Source of the DNA: an uncultured Gammaproteobacteria bacterium
GTDB lineage: Bacteria > Pseudomonadota > Gammaproteobacteria > Xanthomonadales > BPKI01
Assembly (NCBI GenBank): GCA_964526035.1
Contig: CAZGKE010000003.1
Span: 3,312 to 54,910 of the forward strand
Direction of reading: 5' to 3'
Length of the DNA: 51,599 nucleotides
Shown here: one piece after another, positions 31,331 through 41,899 of the stretch
Layout of the letters: each line of letters starts with the position of its first letter
Position numbering within the stretch: position 1 is the stretch's first letter
The notes under the pieces: model-generated
Seen by the model: only the letters and a program-made list of their open reading frames with translations
Told to the model about the DNA's origin: nothing
Database searches by the model: none
Translations under genes and position numbers: made by a program

Positions 31331-32358
31331 GGGAGCAGACCTTGGGGAAGCTGCATGGTGAGACAGTGCAGGCTGCCATTTTGCTCGATCAGGGGTCGAC
31401 AGGGCACTGTGACCACCTGCCGATCGGGGAACGCCTGGGCAAGCACTTCGGCGGCCCGCTCGTCGGCTGGGTCGCCGTAGGCAGGCATCAGAACGGCGTC
31501 GTTCACGATCAGGAAGTTGGCATAGCTGGCCGCCAGGCGGCGTCCGTCTTCTCCATGAACAGGGCGCGGCCAAGGCAGAGGAAACAGCCGGTAGGGCGCA
31601 CCGTCGACGGTCCTCAGGGCCACGATCTCGAGCGCCATGGCCTTGAGCGGCTCGAAATGCACGTCGTTTTCGTCATCACAGGACTGGAAGACGATGGCAT
31701 CTGCGGCGGCAAAACGGGCCAAGGTATCGATATGGGCGTCGGTGTCGTCACCCGCCAGCTCGCCCTGATCGAGCCACAGCACCCGCTCGAAGCCGAGCTC
31801 GCGGCGGAACACCTGCTCGATGTCCTCGCGCGACCGGTCGGGGTGGCGTCGGCTCATGCAGGCCCAGGTGCTGAGAACGGTGCCGGCGCCGTCGCTGTCG
31901 ATGGCGCCACCCTCGAGGGCGAAGTCGACGCGGCGATGTTCGGCGTCGCCGAACAGCCCGGCAGCCACCAGCTGGCCGACCAGGGCGTCGTCGTTGCCGG
32001 CTTCGAACTTTCCGCCCCAGCCGGTGAACAGGAAGTCGAGCAGGCGGAAGCTTTGGCCGCGGATCAGTGTGATCGGGCCCGAGTCGCGCAGCCAGGTGTC
32101 GTCATAGATCGCGCGCACGAAGCGCAGGCGCTCGGGTTCGACCGCCGCGAGAAGCTTGCGGGCACGCACTTCGACGCGTGCGTCGGCGACGCACAGCACG
32201 CAGGTCTCGAAGGTGGCGATGGCCTTGACCAGCTCAACGTAGCTGGACTCGACATCGTCGAGATTGGCGACCCAGTCGGTTCCCGCGTGCGGCCATGCGA
32301 GCAGCACGCCATCCTGCCTGGCCCATTCGGCAGGAAGGCGGAAACCCGCGGACGGCAT
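31327..32358 (-). CDS. aguA: Agmatine deiminase
   Basis: MPSAGFRLPAEWARQDGVLLAWPH, WLRDSGPI, DAHIDTLARF and a C-terminal NGSLHCLTMQLP (catalytic Cys). Confidence 0.9.
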   Translation of the reverse strand: MPSAGFRLPAEWARQDGVLLAWPHAGTDWVANLDDVESSYVELVKAIATFETCVLCVADARVEVRARKLLAAVEPERLRFVRAIYDDTWLRDSGPITLIRGQSFRLLDFLFTGWGGKFEAGNDDALVGQLVAAGLFGDAEHRRVDFALEGGAIDSDGAGTVLSTWACMSRRHPDRSREDIEQVFRRELGFERVLWLDQGELAGDDTDAHIDTLARFAAADAIVFQSCDDENDVHFEPLKAMALEIVALRTVDGAPYRLFPLPWPRPVHGEDGRRLAASYANFLIVNDAVLMPAYGDPADERAAEVLAQAFPDRQVVTVPCRPLIEQNGSLHCLTMQLPQGLLP

Positions 32359-32681
32359 CAGCGTGGCGGACGTGGGCCGCGCTCGCCCTCTGTGGCGCGG
32401 TTGACCACGCTGTAGATCACCAGGTCATGCTCGAAGTACACGGTGAACTGCGGGTAAACCCAGCGGGTGATGGGGGGATCGCCGACCGCGCCGTGGCGCT
32501 CGCTGGGCGCGCCGTGCGTGGATTCGACGTCGTCCATGCGCACGCCGTTGCCGGGACGCGTGACCTGCGTGGTGTCCTGGACGCGCTCGATCAGCAGCAC
32601 GTCGGACCGCGGCTGGGCGCCCGCCAGCAGCGGAGCGGCCAGCAGAGCCAGCATGGAGAGGGAGAGCGGAACAATCTTCAT
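32358..32681 (-). CDS. Small secreted hypothetical protein (107 aa), first gene of the aguAB-TraB-DUF349 operon
   Basis: ATG at 32681 with GAGGA 7 nt upstream. Signal peptide MKIVPLSLSMLALLAAPLLAGA. The stop overlaps the aguA ATG by 1 nt (TGATG). Confidence 0.6.
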   Translation of the reverse strand: MKIVPLSLSMLALLAAPLLAGAQPRSDVLLIERVQDTTQVTRPGNGVRMDDVESTHGAPSERHGAVGDPPITRWVYPQFTVYFEHDLVIYSVVNRATEGERGPRPPR

Positions 32682-32771
32682 CGGTTCATCCTCGGCGTCT
32701 TGCCAGGATGATAACGATACGCCAAGGCCGTGGCGCTGGCGAGGCACCCGGGCTGAATTTCCGCGGGCAAC

Positions 32772-32796
32772 AAAAAAGGCCGGCATCGAGCCGGCC
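32772..32796 (-). terminator. Rho-independent terminator after rpmJ
   Basis: On the minus strand: GGCCGGC-TCGAT-GCCGGCC followed by TTTTTTG. On the plus strand this is AAAAAA at 32772-32777 and the stem at 32778-32796. Confidence 0.75.
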
Positions 32797-32839
32797 ATTC
32801 TTTGATCAAGCGCGATCTGATCGACCGCGAGCGCTTGGT

Positions 32840-32965
32840 TCAGCGCTGACGCGCCTTGAAACGCGGGTTGCTCTTGCAGATCACGAACACCTTGCCGCGG
32901 CGCCGCACCACCTTGCAGTCGCGGTGGCGCTGCTTCGCGGACTTGAGCGATGACAGCACTTTCAT
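32840..32965 (-). CDS. rpmJ: Type B 50S ribosomal protein L36 (41 aa)
   Basis: Translated by hand; it is below the track's size cutoff. [41 protein letters not shown] closely resembles the YkgO-type L36 paralogue. AGGAAA RBS 6 nt upstream. Confidence 0.9.
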   Translation of the reverse strand: MKVLSSLKSAKQRHRDCKVVRRRGKVFVICKSNPRFKARQR

Positions 32966-33001
32966 GTCGATTTCCTGGGCAAAAGGTGGGGCTAGCCGGC
33001 G

Positions 33002-33007
33002 ATTATA
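33002..33007 (-). promoter_or_regulatory. Perfect -10 hexamer TATAAT upstream of rpmJ
   Basis: ATTATA on the plus strand equals TATAAT on the minus strand, 36 nt upstream of the rpmJ ATG. No convincing -35 (TTCCAT at 17-nt spacing). Confidence 0.35.
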
Positions 33008-33047
33008 GCGACTTCGCCTGGATCATGGAAGATCTTCGATCCCGGCT

Positions 33048-33665
33048 TCAGTTGGCGCTTGCGCCGCGCAGCAGGCTGTCGGCCATGGCCCGCGCACGTC
33101 CACGCTGCCAGATCAGCTTCCACGGGCGCCCTCCGAGTTGCCGCCAGAGGACTGCGGCACGCAGCGCAGCCAGAAGCAGGGCGCGGACGGTGGCCACGCA
33201 CTCGGGCTTTGCCAGATGCTGGGGGTTGCCGCGTACCGAGACCCTGACCGGCAGGGTACTGAGCGTCTGCGCATAGAGTCCGCCGAGCGCTTCGATCACC
33301 CGCGGATGGTCGGCGCCGTGCTGGTTGGCGGCGGCCTCGATGCTGCGCAGCCCTTCGCGCAGGGTCATGCTCATGTCGCGGCGGCTGCGAAACTGACGTT
33401 CGACCTGGAGCAGGTTGATCGCCAGTCTGAGCAAGGGCGTGTCGGCACCGGGAGCCTGCAGCAGGTCGCGCAGCACGCCGAGTCCGTGACGCAGATCGGC
33501 CACGCTGCCGAACACCGATTCGGTGCTGTCGGCATCGATACGAAATACGCTCGCCAAGCTGATCTGCAGCGGTGCCTCGGGAGCGTCGCCGTGCTCGGCC
33601 ATGCGGCGCACAAGTCGCAGCGCCTGAATCAGTCCCGCCAGCGCGATGATCTGGTCGCGGGTCAT
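33048..33665 (-). CDS. hflD: High frequency of lysogenization protein HflD
   Basis: [26 protein letters not shown]... is a typical HflD (DUF489) N-terminus. The ATG at 33665 overlaps the mnmA stop (ATGA). About 205 aa. Confidence 0.85.
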   Translation of the reverse strand: MTRDQIIALAGLIQALRLVRRMAEHGDAPEAPLQISLASVFRIDADSTESVFGSVADLRHGLGVLRDLLQAPGADTPLLRLAINLLQVERQFRSRRDMSMTLREGLRSIEAAANQHGADHPRVIEALGGLYAQTLSTLPVRVSVRGNPQHLAKPECVATVRALLLAALRAAVLWRQLGGRPWKLIWQRGRARAMADSLLRGASAN

Positions 33666-34780
33666 GCCGCCAATGCCGCCGCCAGTCCGCCGCAGGGCGC
33701 GTCGGTGGCCTCGATGGTGCCGCCGCCCAGACACTCCTCGTCGCGATACAGCACCAGAGCCTGTCCCGGCGTCACCGCTCTCTGTTCGATGGAAAAGCGC
33801 AGTTCCAGATGACCATCGTCGCGGACTATCGCGAGGCAGGCGGCATCCTGCTGGCGGTAGCGCGTCCTGGCGGTGCATTCGAAGCGAGCTGCCGGCGGCG
33901 ACCCCTCCACCCAGGACATCTTGCTGGCCAGCAGGCGCCGCGACATCAGCCAGGGGTGATCGTGACCCTGGCCAACGATCAGCACGTTGTCATCGACGTT
34001 CTTGGCAAGCACGTACCAGGCCGCGTCACTGGCGCCGCGAACGCCGCCGATGCCGAGCCCCTGGCGCTGGCCGAGGGTGAAGTAGGCGATACCGGGGTGC
34101 GCACCGACCGTGCTGCCGTCGGGCGTGCGCATTACGCCCGGCTGGCCGGGCAGATAGCGCGACAGGAAGGCCCGGAAATTGTCCGGTCCGATGAAGCAGA
34201 TGCCGGTGGAGTCCTTCTTCGCATGCGTCGGCAGGCCGGCCTCGCGCGCCAGCTCGCGGACCCTGGCCTTGGGCAGGTCGCCCAGCGGAAACAGGGTGGC
34301 CGCGAGCTGCTCCTGCCCCAGGGTATAGAGGAAGTAGCTCTGGTCCTTGTTGCGATCACGGCCGCGCAGCAATCGGAATCGGCCGCCGTTGCAGTCGATG
34401 CGCGCGTAGTGGCCGGTGGCAATCCGCCTGGCGCCGAGATCGCGCGACTGCTCGAGAAAGGTGCGGAACTTGATCTCGCGGTTGCACAGGATGTCGGGGT
34501 TGGGTGTGCGCCCCACACGATACTCGGCGATGAAATGCTCGAACACTTCATCCCAGTACTCGGCCGAGAAATTGCGCGTGAAGAAGGGAATGCCCAGCAA
34601 GCCGGCCACCGCTTCAGCGTCGCGCGCGTCGTCCGCGGCGCGGCAGGGGCCATCGCGGTCGTCCTCCTCCCAGTTCTTCATGAACAGCCCGCCGATCGAC
34701 AGACCCTGCTGCTTCAGGAGCAGCGCGGCGACCGAAGAGTCGACCCCGCCCGACAGGCCTACGATGGCGTCCAGGTCCAT
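33662..34780 (-). CDS. mnmA: tRNA 2-thiouridine(34) synthase
   Basis: [16 protein letters not shown] (PP-loop), [32 protein letters not shown] and GHYAR. Confidence 0.95.
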   Translation of the reverse strand: MDLDAIVGLSGGVDSSVAALLLKQQGLSIGGLFMKNWEEDDRDGPCRAADDARDAEAVAGLLGIPFFTRNFSAEYWDEVFEHFIAEYRVGRTPNPDILCNREIKFRTFLEQSRDLGARRIATGHYARIDCNGGRFRLLRGRDRNKDQSYFLYTLGQEQLAATLFPLGDLPKARVRELAREAGLPTHAKKDSTGICFIGPDNFRAFLSRYLPGQPGVMRTPDGSTVGAHPGIAYFTLGQRQGLGIGGVRGASDAAWYVLAKNVDDNVLIVGQGHDHPWLMSRRLLASKMSWVEGSPPAARFECTARTRYRQQDAACLAIVRDDGHLELRFSIEQRAVTPGQALVLYRDEECLGGGTIEATDAPCGGLAAALAA

Positions 34781-34788
34781 GCCCGGGA

Positions 34789-35268
34789 TCAGCCGGCGAG
34801 AAAGCGCTGCACGGCGTCGACCGGCAGCGGCTCATGGGCCAGGTAGTCGTCGACCGAACGCAGCACCAGGGGGGTGCGCAGGTTCCACGAGCCCAGCGCC
34901 ACTTCGTCGCGAGACAACCAAAGTGCCCTGAGGATGCCGCGGTCGAGAGGCTGAGCACCGAGGTGTCGAAGCGGCTCCGCGGAGAACGTGAAACGCAGGA
35001 TGTCACGCCCGCTGTGCGGGCTGCGCCACTGGTACACGCCGACCAGGCCGGTCACCGCGACTGCCCAGGCGCTTTCTTCGGCAGTCTCGCGGATCGCGGC
35101 ATCGATCAGCGATTCGTCGGGTTCCAGGTGGCCGGCGGGCTGGTTGAGGACGCGCTCGCCGCGGATGCTTTCCTCGACGAAAAGGAAGCGGCCGTCAACG
35201 GAAACCACGGTCGCCACTGTCACGTCCGGGCGCCAGTGTCGGCTGCCGCCTTCAAGTTCTTCAACCAT
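34789..35268 (-). CDS. NUDIX hydrolase (NudJ-like position next to mnmA)
   Basis: Nudix box [23 protein letters not shown]. The ATG at 35268 was checked. The track ORF extends to 35400. Confidence 0.8.
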   Translation of the reverse strand: MVEELEGGSRHWRPDVTVATVVSVDGRFLFVEESIRGERVLNQPAGHLEPDESLIDAAIRETAEESAWAVAVTGLVGVYQWRSPHSGRDILRFTFSAEPLRHLGAQPLDRGILRALWLSRDEVALGSWNLRTPLVLRSVDDYLAHEPLPVDAVQRFLAG

Positions 35269-35322
35269 CTTCCCTTCCACGGGTGTTCTCCGCAAAAGCT
35301 TACACGGGAACGTTTGCGCGAG

Positions 35323-35387
35323 GCGCGCGGACCTGCATGGAGAAGCGCGGTCTCGCGAGGACTTGTTCAGAGGTTCCCTGAGGCCCT
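35323..35387 (+). repeat. Intergenic motif copy: GCGCGCGGACC ... TTCAGAGGTTCCCTGAGGCCCT
   Basis: GCGCGCGGACC at 35323-35333 and TTCAGAGGTTCCCTGAGGCCCT at 35366-35387. Lies in the nudix/clpS divergent intergenic region. Confidence 0.5.
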
Positions 35388-35483
35388 CCATCTGGTTCAT
35401 TCAACGGCGCTCGGCCTTGAAAGCCGCTGCGCCGCCGCCACTCAGTCGTATACTGAGGCCAAGGCAGGTTTTGCAAGATATCC

Positions 35484-35810
35484 ATGGCTGAACGTCCAGA
35501 GCGGCAGGGCGAACCCGAACACGGCATAGCGGTCGAAGTCGCGAAGCCCGAGGTCGAACGCCCGCCGATGTACCAGGTTGTGCTGCTGAACGACGACTAC
35601 ACTCCGATGGATTTCGTCATCGTCGTTCTGCAGACATTCTTCACAATGACCCGCGAACGAGCCACGCGGGTCATGCTGCATGTGCATACCCGCGGCAAGG
35701 GTGTATGCGGGGTTTTCACGCGTGAGGTGGCCGAAACCAAGGTCACCCAGGTGAACGAATTCTCCCGCGGTCACCAGCACCCGCTGCTGTGCACGATGGA
35801 AAAGGCTTGA
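35484..35810 (+). CDS. clpS: ATP-dependent Clp protease adaptor ClpS
   Basis: [27 protein letters not shown]...[27 protein letters not shown]. Confidence 0.95.
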   Translation: MAERPERQGEPEHGIAVEVAKPEVERPPMYQVVLLNDDYTPMDFVIVVLQTFFTMTRERATRVMLHVHTRGKGVCGVFTREVAETKVTQVNEFSRGHQHPLLCTMEKA

Positions 35811-35842
35811 GTACGGCCGGCGTTCCGGCCTAGGCTTGGATC

Positions 35843-38116
<2,274 letters not shown>

Positions 38117-38179
38117 AAGCCGACGCCGCGGAACGCTTCTCGTGGCGGGAAGGATCCTCTGAACAATTCCTCACCCATC

Positions 38180-38214
38180 GCGCGCGGACCCTTTCAGAGG
38201 TTCCCTAAGCCCCT
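38180..38214 (+). repeat. Intergenic motif copy: GCGCGCGGACC-CT-TTCAGAGGTTCCCTAAGCCCCT
   Basis: The same two words as at 35323-35387, here only 2 nt apart. TTCAGAGGTTCC also pairs with GGATCCTCTGAA at 38151-38162 (11/12). Confidence 0.5.
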
Positions 38215-38226
38215 GAAGCGCAAGCA

Positions 38227-38255
38227 CTGTCACGAAACAGAAATAAATCTGCAGT
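38227..38255 (+). promoter_or_regulatory. Candidate Pho box (PhoB site) upstream of pstS
   Basis: CTGTCAC-GAAA-CAGAAAT-AAAT-CTGCAGT has 7-mers at 11-nt phasing with A/T-rich 4-nt spacers, which resembles the CTGTCAT-N4-CTGTCAT consensus. A TAATCT -10-like hexamer follows (38254-38259). About 40 nt before the pstS ATG. Confidence 0.45.
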
Positions 38256-38295
38256 AATCTCCGCGGCGTTCACTTCCGCCTCGGCATCGTCCCCA

Positions 38296-39285
38296 ATGTC
38301 CTCTGCGAACCGCGCCCGATTTCTCCTGCCAGGGTTGCTGGCGGCTTGCCTGTCGACTGCGGTGGTTGCGCTCGAGGTCGATGATGCCTTGCCCGAATAC
38401 CGCGCCGTCAGCGGCGTCTCGGGAAGCATGAAGTCGATGGGCTCGGATACCCTGAACAACCTGATGAGTCTCTGGGCCGAGGGCTTCAACAACCTCTATC
38501 CGGCAGTCAAGATCGAGATCGAGGGAAAGGGCTCATCGACAGCGCCGCCGGCGCTGGTGGCAGGCACCGCACATTTCGGACCGATGTCGCGACCGATGCG
38601 CGGCGCCGAGGTGGACCAGTTCGAGCGCCGTCATGGTTACAAGCCGATGGCCATCCGCGGTGCCATCGACGCGCTCGGCGTCTATGTGCACAAGGACAAC
38701 CCGGTCGAATGCCTGACCCTGCAGCAGCTTGACGCGATCTTTTCCAAGACCCGTCTGGGTGGCCACGACCAGGAGATCCGCACCTGGGGCGACGTTGGTC
38801 TTGCGGGCGACTGGGGGCGCCAGCCGATTTCGCTTTACGGGCGCAACTCGGCATCCGGCACTTATGGCTACTTCAAGGAGGTCGCGCTGTTCAACGGCGA
38901 CTTCAAGGACAGCGTGAAGGAGCAGCCGGGTTCCTCCACCGTGGTCCAGGGCGTGGCGTCCGACCGCTTCGGGATCGGTTACTCCGGCGTCGGCTACAAG
39001 ACCGCGGACGTGCGCTCGGTGCCGATTGCCGGGAACGCCGGTGAACCCTGCTACGACCTGACCGCGGAAAGCACCTACGCCGGCGACTATCCGATCGCCC
39101 GCTTCCTTTACGTCTACATCAACAAGAATCCCAACCAGCACCTCGATCCCCTGCGTGCGGAGTTCGTCCGCTACGTGTACTCGCGGCAGGGCCAGTCGGC
39201 GGTGATCCGCGACGGCTACTACCCGGTGACAGGCCTGGTCGCAGAGCGCGACCTCGAGGCCTTCGACCTGCTGCAGACCCACTGA
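38296..39285 (+). CDS. pstS: Phosphate ABC transporter substrate-binding protein (PstS family)
   Basis: Signal peptide, then SGSMKSMGSDTLNNLMSLWAEGF...IEGKGSSTAPPAL...NSASGTYGYF. Heads a pstCAB-phoU cluster. Confidence 0.9.
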   Translation: MSSANRARFLLPGLLAACLSTAVVALEVDDALPEYRAVSGVSGSMKSMGSDTLNNLMSLWAEGFNNLYPAVKIEIEGKGSSTAPPALVAGTAHFGPMSRPMRGAEVDQFERRHGYKPMAIRGAIDALGVYVHKDNPVECLTLQQLDAIFSKTRLGGHDQEIRTWGDVGLAGDWGRQPISLYGRNSASGTYGYFKEVALFNGDFKDSVKEQPGSSTVVQGVASDRFGIGYSGVGYKTADVRSVPIAGNAGEPCYDLTAESTYAGDYPIARFLYVYINKNPNQHLDPLRAEFVRYVYSRQGQSAVIRDGYYPVTGLVAERDLEAFDLLQTH

Positions 39286-39295
39286 AGTCCTGGAC

Positions 39296-41899
39296 ATGTC
39301 GGAAGCGAAAGCCAGCGCGGGATCCAGTCGCCGCCGTCGCGAAACGCATCGCTCGGTGTTGATCATCGACCGCATCGCCGATGTCGGGATCACCTTCGGC
39401 GGGCTGCTGGTGATCGTCGCCATCTTCGGGATCATGGTGTTCCTGTTTGCCGAGGTGCTGCCGCTTTTCCGCGGCGGCGAGGTGCTGAAGCAATCGGACT
39501 ACCGGGTGGAGGGCGCCATCCAGTGGTCGGAACGCGAGTTCACCGCAATGGACGAATATCGCGGCATGGCCCTGCACATGGACGGTCAGGGCAGCGTGCA
39601 GGCTTTCCATGTCGGCAGCGGCACGAGCATCGCCGTGGATCCGGTCGACCTGGGCGGGATCGAGATCACGGCGATGGCCAGCACGCTGGACGGAAGGCAC
39701 TTCGCGCTCGGCTTCGCCGACGGCAGCCTGCGACTGGGCAGGCTGGAGTTCCGCACGCGCATCCTTACCGCGGACGGCCTGCCTGAATCCCTGACCCGCC
39801 TCGACGAACGCGATTCGAGCGATGGACGCTTCCTCTACTCGCGCATACCGGGTGAGCAGATTCGCCGCACCCACGCGGTGATCGAGGTCTCCGAGCCGGA
39901 ACAGCTGGCGCCCGCCGGCGTGGCGCTGGCGGCGCTGAGTCTTCGCGTCGCCGGCACTCTGGAACGACCGACGCAGAGCCTGGCCAGCCTCGACGCCGAC
40001 GGCAGCCTGCGGGTGAGCCGCGCCGAAACGCGCATGAATCTGCTGACCGGCGCCACCACCACGCGGGTCAGCACGGCCGAGCTGCCTCCGCTGCCCGTCG
40101 GCAGCGTGATCAAACGCATTCTGGTCACCGGTCAGGCCGATCAGGTCTACGCGGCCACCCGCGACGGACAGCTGTTCCGCTACGACACGCGCCGCTTCGA
40201 TGCGCCGGTGCTGGCGGAGGCGCTGAGACTCACCGCGGCGGGCGTGAACCTCACCGCCATCGAATTCCTGATCGGCCAGCAGACGCTTCTGGTGGGCGCC
40301 GACGACGGCTCTGTGAGCGCGTGGTATCGGCTGCCGTCGCGCGACGGCGCGGGCGGCAGCGACGGACAGCAGATGGTGCGCGCGAAAGAGCTTGAGCCAC
40401 ACGTGGCGCCGGTCATCGCGCTTTCCCCCAGCCAGCGCGGCAAGTCGTTCCTCAGCGCGGCCGCGGATGGCCAGATCTGGCTGCGCCACGCGACAAGCGA
40501 GCAGGTGCTGCTGAAGCTTGATGCCGAGGCAGGGATGGGGCGGGGCATGCTGAAGCTCGCTCCGCGCGAGAACGCCGTGCTTGCGTTGGACTCCGGCGGT
40601 GCGGCGCGCGCGTGGCAAGTTTCGGTGCCGCATCCGGAGACGACCTGGAAGTCGATCTTCGGCAAGGTCTGGTACGAGGGCTTTCCGGAGCCGGTGTACT
40701 CATGGCAGTCGTCCTCCGGCAGCGACGCCTTCGAGCCCAAGCTGTCGCTGGTGCCACTGATCTTCGGCACGCTCAAGGGCACGGTGTACGCGCTGCTGTT
40801 CGCGGTCCCCATCGCCTTGCTGGCGGCCATCTTCACCTCGGAATTTCTGCACCCGCAGGTGCGCGCCGCGGTCAAGCCGACCATCGAAATCATGGCGGCG
40901 CTGCCGTCGGTGGTGCTGGGATTCATCGCTGCCCTGATCCTCGCGCCGCTGGTCGAAACCTGGATCGCCGCGGTGCTGCTGGCTTTCGTCAGCGTGCCGC
41001 TGGGGCTGCTGTCTGCCGCGTTCCTGTGGCAGGCATTGCCGGAGTCCTGGCAGCGCAGACTCCACGGGCTTCCCCGTCTGGTGCTGATGCTGGCGGTGCT
41101 GCTCGGCACCCTTCTGCTGAGTCGCGCCCTGGGTCCGGGCTTCGAACGTGTCTTCTTTCACGGCGATTTCCTGGCGTGGGTGGACGGCAGCGTCGGCAGC
41201 GCTGCGCCCTTGATGGGTCTGCTGCTGCTGCCGCTGTGCGTTGCCCTGATGTGGCTGGCTTTTTCCAGGCTTGCCGGTAGTGTCCTGCGCCAGCTCTCGG
41301 GAATGCATGGAGGCAAGGTCTACCTGCTGCAATGGTTGGTCATCCTTGGCGCTGGCGCCTTGCTGGCATGGGCTGGCGCCAGCGTGCTGACGGCGCTGGG
41401 CTACGACCTTCGCGGGTCGTTGGTAGGCACCTACGCGCAGCGCAATACCCTGGTGGTGAGCTTCGCCATGGGCTTCGCCGTGATTCCTATCATCTACACC
41501 ATCGCCGAGGATGCGCTGAGCGCGGTACCCGAGCATCTTCGCGCAGCCAGTCTGGCGCTCGGTGGAACGCAGTGGCAGACCGCGCTCTACGTGATTCTGC
41601 CGACGGCGTTCTCCGGCATCTTCGCTGCGATCATGATCGGCATGGGCCGTGCGGTGGGCGAGACCATGATCGTGGTGATGGCCGCGGGCAACACGCCGCT
41701 GATGGAGTGGAACCTGTTCAGCGGCCTGCGCGCGCTGTCGGCAAATATCGCGGTCGAACTCCCCGAGGCGGTCCAGGGCAGCACGCTTTACCGGATGCTG
41801 TTCCTCGCCGGTCTGACCCTGTTCGTCATCACCTTCGTGCTCAATACCGCAGCCGAAGCGATCCGCCTGCGCTTCCGCGCCAGGGCCACGCAGCTGTGA
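39296..41899 (+). CDS. pstC: Long-form phosphate ABC transporter permease PstC (867 aa) with a large N-terminal periplasmic domain
   Basis: The C-terminal third carries the PstC permease core (EDALSAVPEHLRAASLALGGTQWQT, GRAVGETMIVVMAAGN). Residues ~59-483 are an extra domain after the first TM helix. Confidence 0.85.
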   Translation: MSEAKASAGSSRRRRETHRSVLIIDRIADVGITFGGLLVIVAIFGIMVFLFAEVLPLFRGGEVLKQSDYRVEGAIQWSEREFTAMDEYRGMALHMDGQGSVQAFHVGSGTSIAVDPVDLGGIEITAMASTLDGRHFALGFADGSLRLGRLEFRTRILTADGLPESLTRLDERDSSDGRFLYSRIPGEQIRRTHAVIEVSEPEQLAPAGVALAALSLRVAGTLERPTQSLASLDADGSLRVSRAETRMNLLTGATTTRVSTAELPPLPVGSVIKRILVTGQADQVYAATRDGQLFRYDTRRFDAPVLAEALRLTAAGVNLTAIEFLIGQQTLLVGADDGSVSAWYRLPSRDGAGGSDGQQMVRAKELEPHVAPVIALSPSQRGKSFLSAAADGQIWLRHATSEQVLLKLDAEAGMGRGMLKLAPRENAVLALDSGGAARAWQVSVPHPETTWKSIFGKVWYEGFPEPVYSWQSSSGSDAFEPKLSLVPLIFGTLKGTVYALLFAVPIALLAAIFTSEFLHPQVRAAVKPTIEIMAALPSVVLGFIAALILAPLVETWIAAVLLAFVSVPLGLLSAAFLWQALPESWQRRLHGLPRLVLMLAVLLGTLLLSRALGPGFERVFFHGDFLAWVDGSVGSAAPLMGLLLLPLCVALMWLAFSRLAGSVLRQLSGMHGGKVYLLQWLVILGAGALLAWAGASVLTALGYDLRGSLVGTYAQRNTLVVSFAMGFAVIPIIYTIAEDALSAVPEHLRAASLALGGTQWQTALYVILPTAFSGIFAAIMIGMGRAVGETMIVVMAAGNTPLMEWNLFSGLRALSANIAVELPEAVQGSTLYRMLFLAGLTLFVITFVLNTAAEAIRLRFRARATQL

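Noticed and set aside
32966-33047. A Zur box upstream of the type-B L36 gene, which would be expected if it were a zinc-starvation paralogue.
   Set aside because: No AT-rich palindrome resembling GAAATGTTATAWTATAACATTTC is visible. The only notable element is the TATAAT hexamer. A matrix scan is still needed, so the question is kept under the L36 finding.
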